Source of the DNA: Adineta vaga
Lineage: Eukaryota > Animalia > Rotifera
Length of the DNA stretch: 64,000 nucleotides
Assembly (NCBI GenBank): GCA_021613535.1
Contig: CP075493.1
Location: 14,942,001-15,006,000, forward strand
Reading direction: 5' to 3'
The notes below the pieces were generated by a model that did not search any database, was not told where the DNA came from, and saw only the letters and a program-made list of their open reading frames with translations. Both the position numbers and the translations under genes were made by a program. Positions within the stretch are counted from its first letter, which is position 1; every line of letters begins with the position of its first letter. This document shows positions 52,459 to 64,000 of the stretch, piece by piece.

Positions 52459-52510
52459 TTGAGGGTGTGGGTGTGAGTGACAGAAGATAGGAATACTCAT
52501 ACGCGCACCC
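52459..52510. repeat. Telomere-like-arm element
   Basis: TTGAGGGTGTGGGTGTGAGT ... ACTCATACGCGCACCC. Confidence 0.65.
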
Positions 52511-52558
52511 ATCGTGGACGTATGTGTATTCGTAATAAATGGAACTTTAACCCAAAGT

Positions 52559-53106
52559 CTAAAGCTTTTTAGGTGCGAACTGTAAGAAAACGAGTGGATT
52601 TGGAATGCTACATAGTATACGTTGTTCTACCTCAGATATGTATAGCGAGATATGTTGTGGTAATAGATGAAAAATTTCACCTGCAATCCTCTTTGCATCC
52701 TCCGCCATTTTTGGTCCTATGAAGGATTCTGGAAGAACATCAGATACCTCCGCTAGTACTACATAAGAGCAGAAACACAATGAAACGATTACAATACTTT
52801 AGCAAAGTTTCTAATATTAATTCTGTCGATTATTCGGTGGCATATTTATACTGTTTATATAGGACTGACTTGTGTTGTTGTATGAATTCGCCGGTACTCT
52901 TCTGTCATCCAACATAGCATAATCTGTTGGACTTCTGTTAGACTAATGAGTCCAATGAATGGACCAGAGAGATTAGCTAGATAGGCAAAATAGACAAGAT
53001 ACTGTGTATAAACTATGAATATATTCATCAGAATTGATTCAAAAATAGTCACCAAGACGGCGATAATGATTGGCAGGCAAGAAACGTTAACTACCATGGT
53101 CATCAC
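52559..53106 (-). CDS. Hypothetical small membrane protein, probably multi-exon
   Basis: Hydrophobic ORF 52855-53106 plus downstream exon 52559-~52765 with plausible GT-AG borders; no recognisable domain. Confidence 0.4.
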
Positions 53107-53821
53107 AAGTACAAATTTTGATTCTCAATCGTCGTTAAAAAGAAAGCATTCCTCTTACGTGCGCAAATTCGAATATAATCAAAATCAGAATAATAGAATT
53201 ATTAATTTGTTTTAGTAATGGTCGATTCCGACACGAAAACATGTGATAAAGTATAAATAATGTACAACATACAGACAGAATGAAGAGCATAACGATTTGC
53301 TGGAATAACGTATTAAAACGATGAAATATGACAATTTATTGTTTACATGCGTGCAAGGCACAAACTATAGGTTTCTTCTTTCTTCAAGATATTTTAACGT
53401 GTGAAATTTGATAAGATGAGGAAAAATAAATGTACTGAAATGTGTAAATGATTTCTTTTAATACACTATATAAAATAAAAAAATAATGAATTTCTATAAA
53501 TTGACTTTGAGATTTCCTCTTTCTCCTGTTCATCAATATCACAAGATCTGATTCATTTGCAAATAAGTTATTAAAAACTGACAGAATCATAATTTCTATT
53601 CGAAAATTTAAAAGATTGTGTATGAAGTAGATTATTTCATTTCTTCGTCGTGATTGGTGACCGTTACCCTTCACTACTTTTCTTTTTCTTTCTCGTCTAT
53701 TCATGACTCTTGATCATAATAACCTTTGTTTCTCTTTCCTTTTGTTTAACTTTTATATAAAAGTTCATTTTGATTGAAAAAGTGGGTGTGTTCCTATTGA
53801 CATTATTTCTATGCATTTAAA

Positions 53822-56204
53822 ATGAAATTTGGTGCTCATTTATTAGCTAATTTAACACCTGAATGGAATGGTCAATATATTCAGTATGAATATCTTAAAG
53901 AATTTCTCGATAAAACAATCAATGAATCATCAATACTGATCAATGATGATAAAGAAAAAGCAACATTAGGTGAATATTTTCTTCGTGTTGATCGTGAATT
54001 TTTCGAATTTTGTGAGAAAGAAATGACGAAAATTAATACATTTTTTTCTGAAAAATTAGCTGAGTAAGTTGATTCCTATGGATTTGAAAGACACACGATA
54101 TATTTTTCATAGAGCAATGAGACGTTTTACTACGTTAAAAGATGAAATTGAATATCGAAAAATGATTGCTGAAGAAAATTCATTGCGTCAAAAGTCGTCG
54201 ATTTCTTTTATTCAAAAAAGTAATCGAATTTCTGATTCAATGAATCCAATCAAACAATTTAAAACTGAAAATCACGAATTAAATTTAATCAAACAAATCA
54301 CACGTATTTTTCCTGATCGATTTTTAAAAGATCCAAATAAACATCATAAAAATTTAAATAATCTCAAATTAGCATTCAGTGAATATTATCTTATGTTAAT
54401 TCTTTTACAAAAATATCAATTATTAAATTTTACTGGATTTATTAAAATTCTTAAAAAACATGATAAATTATTTCAAACAAATCGTGGAGAACAATGGAGG
54501 TAAATTCACATATGTAGAAAGATATTTTATTTTTCTATGAATTTCTAATTATAGAAAATCTCATATTGAAACAGCAGCATTTTATACATCAACGAAAGTG
54601 ACGGAATTGATCCGTGATGTTGAACAAATTTATACAAATCAACTGGAATTAGGTGATCGAACACGAGCGATGAAACGTCTTCGCGTTCCACCATTGGAAG
54701 AAATACAATCGTCCATGGTCACATTTCGTCTAGGAATTTTCATTGGTTAGTTTTCTAAGTCGGGATGAATTCATTTGTAATTGAAATTCTGTTTCTAGGT
54801 ATTCTTGGTGTTCTATTACCATTATTGATCATTCTTATCATCGTTTTAAATAAAAGTCAAACAGGAAAAAAGATTCAATGGCGTGATGGTCTTCATTTAT
54901 ATCGTTCATCATTTTTAATAATCCTTCAAATAATCTTAACTGGTATCAATATCTATGGTTGGTCATCATCTGGCGTCAATCATATTCTTATATTTGAAAT
55001 CGATCCACGTAATCATCTAACCTATCAACAATTACTTGAAATTGGTACATGTTTATGTGTTCTATGGTCGCTGAGTTTCATTGTATTTGTAATTACATCG
55101 TATTTTGATTGCTATCCATTTCTTCATCCATTAATCTTTGTTATCTTTCTAATTCTATTTTTTCTCAATCCATTTCCTATCTTTTATCCTTCGGCACGTT
55201 ATTGGTTAATGAAAACGTTATGTTTAGTCTTTACTGCTGCATTTCATCCCATACGTTTCGCTGATAATTGGCTTTGTAATCAATTAACATCGATGGAATT
55301 AGCATTCTTTGATTTGGAACATTATTTTTGTTTCTATTTTTCCAATATTCAATGGTGGAAAACGAATCTCATGTTTTCATCAATTCCAGTGGGACTTTTT
55401 TGTACAGGTTGGACACGATTTCTTCTTCAAGCATTTCTTCTCGCTATTCCATCATCACTTCGTTTAACTCAATGTCTTCGTCGATATTACGATACGAAAT
55501 TAAAATATCCACATCTTGTTAATGCAGGCAAATACGTCATGGGTTTAACAGTTGGAATTACAAATTCACTTCGGCGTGCAAGTTTCTCTTTGAATAAAAC
55601 TTATTCGAATAATCCTCTGCAGAATCCATTTATGTATTTATGGATTATTACAGCATTGATTAATTCAACTTATAAATTAATTTGGGATATTAAAATGGAT
55701 TGGGGATTATTTCATAAGAATGCAGGTGAAAATCGTTTTCTTCGTGATCATATTATTTATTCATCGAAAAATTATTATTATTATGGAATGATTCAAGATG
55801 TGATTTTACGATACAGTTGGACAATCAATATTTTCATACAATTTCATACGAGTACAGCAGAATATTCGGATGTAATAGGTTTTGTTTTTGGTCTATTGGA
55901 ATTAGTTCGAAGATTTTCATGGAACTTTTTTCGATTAGAAAATGAACATTTGAATAATTGTGGAAGATATCGAGCAATTCGTGATATTTCAATTAAACCG
56001 ATTGCAAATGGAGTAGATTTGAATCTAATCAATTCGAAATTAAATAAAAAATTTGGAATTCGAAATAGAAAGAAAATTAATCAATGTCAAACGATTAATG
56101 AAGATTTACAAAATAATATACAAGATTTTCTTAATAATCAAATGTCAACATCAAATATATCTCATTCGTTATCATCTGCAGATATATCACATTTAAAAAA
56201 ATAA
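53822..56204 (+). CDS. XPR1: XPR1/SYG1 phosphate exporter (SPX + EXS)
   Basis: MKFGAHL..NLTPEW...[70 protein letters not shown]; 4 exons. Confidence 0.95.
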
Positions 56205-56408
56205 GTTTTCAACTTTAAACTCAATTTGATGTGCCATTGGTCTTTACATAGATCATCGATTTTATATTAAAATAAATACAATTTATTGATCAGTTTTTCC
56301 TCTCTGGAGAGCATTTGATTGAAATCAATATTTTATTTCGTAAAAAGAATAGAAAATGTCGAATGATAGACTTGTCTGGTTTCATTCTTCGTCGTCCGAA
56401 GAATCATT

Positions 56409-57545
56409 CTATTTATCCAACAAAGACATATAAACTTCAATTTCTTCTACCATAAAATTCTTTTCTCCAGTAAAAAGTGTTTCACCTTTTCCAGTAGTAT
56501 CAATATAGCTGGACGGAAATGCGGATATTGAATCTTGATTTTTGTTTGAATTACCAAATATCTGAATATCTATGAAATGTTCTTTATTTTTTACAACTCC
56601 ACCAAAATAAGGACCACTTGATTTTGCATGACAAATAGCGTACATTGTGTTTGACTTAATGAGAAATTTAGTCGGTTTTATGTCATGTGGATTTCGTAGA
56701 GTGAAGAGAAATGCTTTTGGATCCTTTTTATAATAGTTATCCGAAGTCCAAGGTATCTCTGTATAACCTCCAAATAAATAATTTTCACCTTTAGATTGTA
56801 TAACAGTGATTGTAGGACCTTTATTATCAGAACAGCGATGAAAATCTTTCGCATCAAAACCATCTACTGTTGCTTTGTAAATAATTTCCCATTTCTTCTC
56901 TGGATGGCCATAAAACTCATTTAGTTTCTTTTGATAATCAGTGGAAAGAAGTGTACCGCCATACATAAAATTATTTATAGTAGGGTAGACCATAATCGAG
57001 GCATAATCAATAAATAAAGGTGTTATATCACAACGAATTAAACTGGTGTGTGTTTCATTTACATTATTTTCTAGTTCATTTAATTTTTGTTTGAGTATTT
57101 CCAATTGTTCAAATGTAACTTCATTTTCTTGAATATTTGATACTGTTTCGTTTTTTAATGTATCAACCACTTTTAAGTGATTAGTTGTCTGTTCTCCGTA
57201 GACCACTTCATTTTCTTGAAAAAGAAATTCGAGTCTTTGTTTCTTTAACTCATACAATTTATTGATATCCTCTATAGCTTTATCGTGCCATTTAGTTAAT
57301 TTATCCAGTAGTTCTTGTTTATATTTTTGTACGGAGAAAGAGTGAAGTGACTCACCAAATCCATTCATTCGATCGACTAATGGATGCAATTCTTCAACAA
57401 GTTGATCTGCATGTTCAACAAAGTGACGTCGACAAACATTTTTCTGACAGTGATGGCATAATGTAGCAGACATACGTTGACAATTATCAATTTCACATGG
57501 TTTTAACACAATGTTTGGCGCTGTAGAAGACGAAGAAGCAGCCAT
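56409..57545 (-). CDS. B-box-like Zn finger + coiled coil + TLDc domain protein
   Basis: CHHCQKNVCRRHFVEH; IYKATVDGF..KDFHRCSDNKGPT, FGGYT, GPYFG, EEIEVY (TLDc). Confidence 0.9.
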   Translation of the reverse strand: MAASSSSTAPNIVLKPCEIDNCQRMSATLCHHCQKNVCRRHFVEHADQLVEELHPLVDRMNGFGESLHSFSVQKYKQELLDKLTKWHDKAIEDINKLYELKKQRLEFLFQENEVVYGEQTTNHLKVVDTLKNETVSNIQENEVTFEQLEILKQKLNELENNVNETHTSLIRCDITPLFIDYASIMVYPTINNFMYGGTLLSTDYQKKLNEFYGHPEKKWEIIYKATVDGFDAKDFHRCSDNKGPTITVIQSKGENYLFGGYTEIPWTSDNYYKKDPKAFLFTLRNPHDIKPTKFLIKSNTMYAICHAKSSGPYFGGVVKNKEHFIDIQIFGNSNKNQDSISAFPSSYIDTTGKGETLFTGEKNFMVEEIEVYMSLLDK

Positions 57546-57931
57546 TGCAGAAGAAAAGCAACTTTGTCTTGGATTTCTTTTTACCCAAAGAAGAAAAAAA
57601 AGCCAAATTCTTTTTTTCCAGTTTCAAAACACAAATATTTTTGATTCTGTCATGTTTTTCTTTATGTTATGTTGGAAAAAAAAGCGTACAAGTAATACAT
57701 TATGAAATGAAAAGTACGAAAAAAATCTGTAGATATTATTTATTATAAAATATGGTCGTGTTTCACTATCAAAAGACATAACAACTGAGAACAAATGAAT
57801 TAATGCCTTTTAAAATCATTTTTCTCTGTCTCAAAGTTCTTTCTTTATAGATGTTTGATGGTTAAAATGTAGAACGTGAGTGTCAGTATTTTAGTTATTA
57901 GATATCGTTACACATCCTATATGGATTCGAT

Positions 57932-59153
57932 CTATTCTCGTTTTTTTGTAGTAGAAAGAAGTACCATGGGTGAATGCACTTTCTGAGAATATGCAATACA
58001 CTTCCAAAGAGAATATCGTTCACATGCAGGACAGTATATTTCGATATATTCTATTCGGCGATGACCATGTTTCTTTTCCTCAATACGAAGTGATGTTCTT
58101 TGTGAGTAACTAAGATACCAAGTGTATGGCTTTGGTTGATGTTCATTTAGCGGCAATGTAAGAAAAAGCTTCTGATCACACTTTAGGCATTTGATTAGAC
58201 CATCACAGATGTTGGGCCACATCATATCACCGTTCGAATCTAGTAATGGTTCGAATTCTGTAACTAGATAACGACTGTGGTCGTCCATGGAAACTGTTGA
58301 GTTTATAAAACCATTTTCGTAGTAAATGCCTTTAAAATGAAAACAAGAAGAACCTTACATTCGTCAAGCACAATTGGTTTTGAAAATCTGACAATACTCA
58401 CATAGTTTATCTAATGCGTGCTCTTTTCTAACAGATAATATTGGATTTACTGTAATATATCGACGGAATAGTGTCCAGTTGTATTCAGTTTTCGAAAGAC
58501 CCGAGCATCCACCACGAATAATACTTAAAACTTCTGTCCACGGATTTGCTCGTTGCTTTCGTTTCATAAATAAAAATTGAAATTTTGCTTTCATACTTTG
58601 GAAGTTATTTGAGCATTCTTCATCTGAAATATAAAGAATAATATTTAACTTGTGTTTCTGACGATTAGCAACAATGATCGTCAGTCTTATTCTATTCAAT
58701 TTTATTCCTCATGTACATTGCGACGTGATATCTACTAGAATACATTCAAAGAAACGGCTCATATTCATCTTGATGACACTTTCAAAGTAAATGGTCGCAA
58801 GTAAAACTAATCCTGTCGTTATACGATTACCTAACATTTCGTCTTTGATACATTTAGTCCATAGATGAGCCGACAGTTCTTCGATGTTGTGATCGATTGA
58901 TGTAAGAAGATTGTGGAAGAATTTATTGACTTGAGAGATGGCAAAGATCCAAGAATGTTAGTTTTGGAAAGATATTATAAAGAAGTAATTCGGCTGGTAT
59001 ATCAGGAAGCGAAGGGTAGTATGCAGAGTCTAGTTCGTCTATAGACGATAATTGTCTAGGTCGAAATATTTGTTCCCGTAATATTTCTGTTGTTACTGTT
59101 TTTGGTGGAGGTAGAGGTGATGGTCGAAAGCATGAGATAAGTTTTTGGCCCAT
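57932..59153 (-). pseudogene. F-box-like protein gene with multiple lesions
   Basis: MGQKLISC..., LPDIPAELLLYNIFPKL (F-box). Probable 2-nt deletion at ~58934 (LSQVNKFF expected), in-frame TGA ~58710, a further shift before the intron at ~58358, and a Cys-containing last exon. Confidence 0.6.
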
Positions 59154-59520
59154 TTATTATATTCAAAAATAAAAATAAAAATAAGAATGGATTTAGTTTT
59201 TTTTATACACTGTGATTGCTATTTCTGTACCTTTTCAACTGATCAATGAAATGTGCACAAATATCGTGTTTATATTTATTTATAATTCGTTATCACTTAA
59301 GTTATATTACTAATATACAAGATATACATCAAAATATCACCCGTTGCCGTCTCTCATTAAAAGATATTTCGCATGTGCGTATGCGTATGCTTGACTGCAT
59401 TGCAATCGATGTACAGGTAGAGAGAGAGAGTACAGGGTAATATTATGGTTACTCATCTCTTTTTCTCTTCGAACATGAGTATACATTAATTGTTTTTATA
59501 GCATCAAGTCATTATTTATT

Positions 59521-61007
59521 TCAATTAAATATAAGTGGATAGGCTCGACAATCATTGTTAAAGAAAACTAAACTTTCACCAGATACTTGTTGTGCCGTTG
59601 TGCTTGTGCCATATAATTGATTGCTGCACTGTACACGACACGGCCAGTCACATCGATTAGTTTGCTGATTCCACCATAAATCATAGGGAATATTATTGGC
59701 ACGAGGACATCTTAAGTCGAATCGAACGCCAGACACACATCGGTGAAAAATGTTACAGTAGCGACTAGGTAAGAATGTACCATCTGCTTGACCATTGCAA
59801 TTGACATCTGAGTCAACAGTAAATGTACCTGAAAGAAATAAGATGGAAGAATCCAATCATACAGCTTCAAAAAACAAAGTGACAAGAACTCGCAAGATAG
59901 GGCTGAAAATAACTTACCTCCAGTATTTGCTTGATTACTTTGATTTCCTCCTCCTACTCCTGTTTGCCCGCTGCTCAACTGTCCAGTTCCTGTCTGACCG
60001 GTACCGGATTGTCCTGTACCTGTTTGACCGGTACCAGTTTGGCCTGAGCCTAATTGTCCGTCATTGAAACCTGTCTGTGAAGTCTGATTAGAACATGGAG
60101 ATTGTTTAAATACGTTTGCGGCTTCCTGTTGACTTTCACTAATTTGATTTCCGTTTTCTACTAGAATTCCACCGGCACTTGAGCATTGTCTACCAGTATC
60201 ACACGGATAGGCGCAGGTTGCCGATGGACTTTCTGGTAAACCTTGAGGCGAGCCATGTTGAATCCACCATAGGCGTGCACCACCTCGTTGTAATGGACAA
60301 AGAAATGCATTGGAAACGCCACTGAAACAGCGATAGAATACATTACACCATCGACTAGCATAGAATCCATCTTGTCGCGCTGAATTAAAAATAAATAAAT
60401 ATCTCATGTACTGAAATATGTTCGTCTTACTTGCACAGTTAAATTGTTCTCGAGATTGTGCAAAGATTTTCCATGGTTCAGTAGGAGCTTGGTAAAAGAA
60501 AGAAAATATATTTCATAAGTTACTAAAGTTCCACACAAATAAAATTTATTAAGTCTACCTTGTGTACTTAGTTGTGCTCCAGTAGGTACAGAGGCATTTG
60601 TGATTGAAGTAAAATACTGATTTCCCTGGCAACCACTGGCATCTTTAGAGGCAAACTCACATCTACAGAGAAATTATAGAAGTCATCGTAGTTAGAGGCT
60701 TACCTTTGAGTTTTATCATCGAAATAGAATCGTTCTCCAACTTGAGGACATCCGTACGATCGTTTTTGTTCACCGGCAACACACGCATGAAATACATCAC
60801 AATATCTTAAATCACGCCAGAAACCATCCAGACGGCCTCGACATTCAAATGGAACATTTGTTAAAACTGATTGATTTATAGTTGGTGATATGAAAATCGA
60901 TATTATAACTACCATTAAACAGAAAAAAGAAAACGGAAGTCAATTTTTTAATGTAAAATTAAAAGAAAATTACCAATGAAAAAAATTTGTTTCATAGCAT
61001 CAATCAT
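59521..61007 (-). CDS. Secreted chitin-binding protein with three peritrophin-A (CBM14)-like domains and GQTGT repeats
   Basis: CRGRLDGFW..YCDVFHAC, DGFYASRWCNVFYRC, CNGQADGTFL..YCNIFHRC; (GQTGT)n linker at ~59960-60060. Confidence 0.85.
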
Positions 61008-61477
61008 CTTTTGTTTGAATCGTCAATATAATATTCAATTGTATGAGTATCGCCTTGAAAACATTTATAGGTCTTCTCTCCCACGGATTTATTCATGTTA
61101 AGAAGATGAAGAAAAACGATAGTTGACGAATGTTGTCGTAAACAGAGAGAGAAAGGATTATGATAAAGTTTAGTTACTTTTGCTATTGTTTTTCGATAGA
61201 ATGAAAATATAATCGATGTCTACTCATTACTTTTCTAAAGGTTAACCCGGGGATGTATTACGATAGAAAATATATTTGTGATTGTGATATTTTTAAGATT
61301 AACGAATAGGTTAACTATTCTATTTTCAATATATTGATGTTAAGAAAAAAAAGAAGATATCACATCAATCAAAAGAGTTATTAATAAATAGAAATAGTTT
61401 TGAGTGTGTAGAGTAGATGTATATGTATCTTATTTTAAATCAGACTTATTCTGAGTCACATCTTCAAAGACTTTTAT

Positions 61478-61786
61478 TTAAAAATTGCCAAATGTTTCTG
61501 CAACACCTTCATTTTCAATCTGATCAAAAAATGAACAATTTCTATTCCATATTGTTGATAAAAATTGTTGATCAGGTGTTATATGAGAATATGTTGGTTT
61601 AGATGAATTATAATTTAACCATTGAATCAATGGTCTTCCCATCGTTGCAATATTGATCCAATGTGAAATAATTTGATCAGAAAATCTTCGTGTTTGATTC
61701 TTCCAAGTACACTCAAATTCTTCTCGTGAATCGGCATCACTCACAGTTCCGAAAACAAATGGAAGTTCGGATGAATGTCTGATCAT
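61478..61786 (-). pseudogene. C-terminal fragment of a type-B carboxylesterase
   Basis: HSSELPFVFG (catalytic His region), IISHWINIATMGRP. No upstream GESAG exon found nearby. Confidence 0.65.
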
Positions 61787-62851
61787 CTACGGTACTGCCG
61801 TAGAATAATCAACCCTTCTCGTATGTGCGTACGACAATATAATCTAAATACGTACAGTAAAATACTATTCTCGTTTCATCATTTAATTAATAAATTTTGA
61901 TCGTTCGAGAATCAATCCTTTTTTGAAAACGTAGATGAATCAACCTTATATAGCAGAACAATAAACCTTTCGTCAGCGAAAGTAGTATAAAATATCAACC
62001 TGGAGGTAACGTTCAAGGTTCTATCTTTCTTCGTATAACAATAAATCCTAGTGATGTGGCCAGGAAACAATCTACTCATGTTGTTAGAATAATATACGGT
62101 TGTTCAGTAAACATAGAACTATCTACTCTGAGGTATAGATTAGAAAATCGTTTTCTTGCATAAACGTATATCAATAAACCATTAAATGACGTATTCTTCC
62201 CTTTTCTTTTCCAAAACCCTTGTACTCATGCACTCACTATCTAATAAACTTCTCATCAGTTTTTTCTATCGAAAGATATCCTTCAAGCATTGTTGTAAAA
62301 AACGTTTTAAGTGCAAGAGTTCATGAAAAAACGCTTTTTTTTATGGTGCACCTATATTCTCATATTTCATCTGCAAAACCTACGATGGTCACGTTGTGAA
62401 CTACTTAAGTATTAGAGATTAATACTTATTATCCATCTTTAGATATCATTTTAATAAATAGGTCGACTATATCCAAGAACTAACTTTTCACCTTTATTCA
62501 ATTTTTTGCCTCTCGTTATTTTCTTTTTCTACTTTTAAAATCAAGCTTTCGATTATTAATTTTTCTTTTTTCCGTTCATTTTATTTTTCATTCCTAAAAT
62601 AAAAGGAGAGCCCTGAAGAGTGTTTGTAATTTTACATAAATATACGAAATCTTTTGGCGATGCAAACATCTCCATTTATTTTTAAGTAGATATCTATCAA
62701 ACAGATATATCATTAGGCACAAAAGATCAATTGCGGAAAACCTAAAGTTGAAACTAGCAGATTAATTTCTATCATAGATATATAAGTTAATCTGTTGTCC
62801 ATGGATTGCATATAATTGCTTTGAAGAGTTTTCTTTTTTTCTTTCTGCTCC

Positions 62852-63105
62852 TTAGACGAAGCGAGGACATCAACTATAGTATTCTACGTCGAACACACCA
62901 TGCTAGGAAGCATGCGTTGGTTTGATCGACTGACAGAAAGAAAAAAAGGAGAAGACGACATTCTCGTGGGTTCCATATATTTTTTACGCGTTTTCTTTTC
63001 TTTCCTTTTTCTTCGTTAGACGAAGCGAGGACATCAACTATAGTATTTTACGTCGAACACATCATGGTAGGAAGCTTGCGTTGTTTTCTTTCGACTAACA
63101 GAAAG
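62852..63105. repeat. Two ~90 bp direct repeats (62852-62940, 63016-63105), Helentron/HINE-end-like
   Basis: TTAGACGAAGCGAGGACATCAACTATAGTATT.TACGTCGAACAC...CAGAAAG twice, each after a pyrimidine/T run. Confidence 0.75.
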
Positions 63106-64000
63106 AGAAAAAGTAAAAAACGAAACATCTCTATAAAAAAGTTCTTGCAGCTTCGGCAGTATCAAGTTTTCAGTCGTTTTCTGCTACATAAAATGCATTG
63201 TGATAAGAATATTATTCCACTAGATGGCGTATCAAAACCATATCGATGTCAATGATGATAAGTTTTTTTTACGCTCCTCCTTTATCCTCTAGAGAAAAAA
63301 GTTTACAAATTAGAATTGTCGTAAGATAGAGGCTTTTGCAAAAACTGTCCGTTTCTAAAAATATCAATCAAGATATCGATAGATAATGGAAAAGCTAAGT
63401 TCCTTGTGCTTTACTATTTCGAGATACATAAATTTATTGAGGTATATCAGAAAAATCTTTCCAACAAACGTTATTTTGTCGTTACAGAATACTTGACGAA
63501 CGAGAATCACCATATACCATAGTGACTTTCATAAGGAAATAGCAGTTAAGTGCAAAGATCGGGTATTAATTTGAGTTCATATAAATGATTACGAAGAACA
63601 CTTTAATCTACAACAATCACTATTGAATGTATTTTTGTTATTTTTTTTCAAATAAAAAATGATGAACATGAAAATATTAAAAACTGTTATGTAACAGTGA
63701 AGTAGCATGAACGTTTTTTTTAGAGATGTTTCGTTTTTTACTTTTTCTATTGACGATTCTGTTTTTGAGAAAATATTTCTGCTACAAAACTTACGGTTTA
63801 AACTTAGTTCGTTCTAACGAAAAAAACTGACTGATTTGTCAGTTGATCAAGATTTTCTCGTAGACATAGGAGATCGTCGACAATTTCTCGGTCGAGTATT
63901 ACTCTATCGTAGGTTACACGAGAGGGCCTCTATAATTAGCAGAAATTCAGTTGACTGTTACTTGGTTGGTAGGAGGATGATTAACGAGAAATATAGCTAT

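Noticed and set aside
1-64000. Bacterial contig or contamination; tRNA/rRNA genes
   Set aside because: Bacterial-like genes are interleaved with intron-rich metazoan genes and some have introns. No cloverleaf or rRNA signature was recognised by eye.

Overview
AT-rich eukaryotic genomic DNA with many short (~50-60 nt) GT-AG introns. The gene content (R-S-E ADP-ribosyltransferases, F-box/LRR with 84-nt exons, bacterial-like GNAT/Kelch/C1A genes, Asn-rich Penelope element, TGAGGG/TGTGGG repeats) suggests a bdelloid rotifer; this is an inference. About 25 genes or gene relics are visible: a type II membrane protein, an astacin-PPC-like-Kelch chimera, two ARTs, a GNAT, four tandem and two unrelated rhodopsin-type GPCRs, a WDR62/MAPKBP1 pseudogene plus a partial copy, a C1A peptidase, F-box-LRR, HAO, XPR1, TLDc and a chitin-binding protein. 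Many genes carry frameshifts or nonsense codons. Non-genic highlights: (1) a dispersed family of short palindromic elements with telomere-like arms (ATCTTGAGGGTGTGGGTG...CACACCCTCAAGAT), often just 3' of genes; (2) a ~285 bp member of that family enclosing a hammerhead-ribozyme-like core, in two copies; (3) a Penelope-like retroelement at a duplication breakpoint, with an inverted U3/A8-variant hammerhead and a nested MITE; (4) a secreted Cys-rich gene interrupted only by tandem TGA-TAG where Trp-Trp is expected. All calls were made by eye, without database searches.
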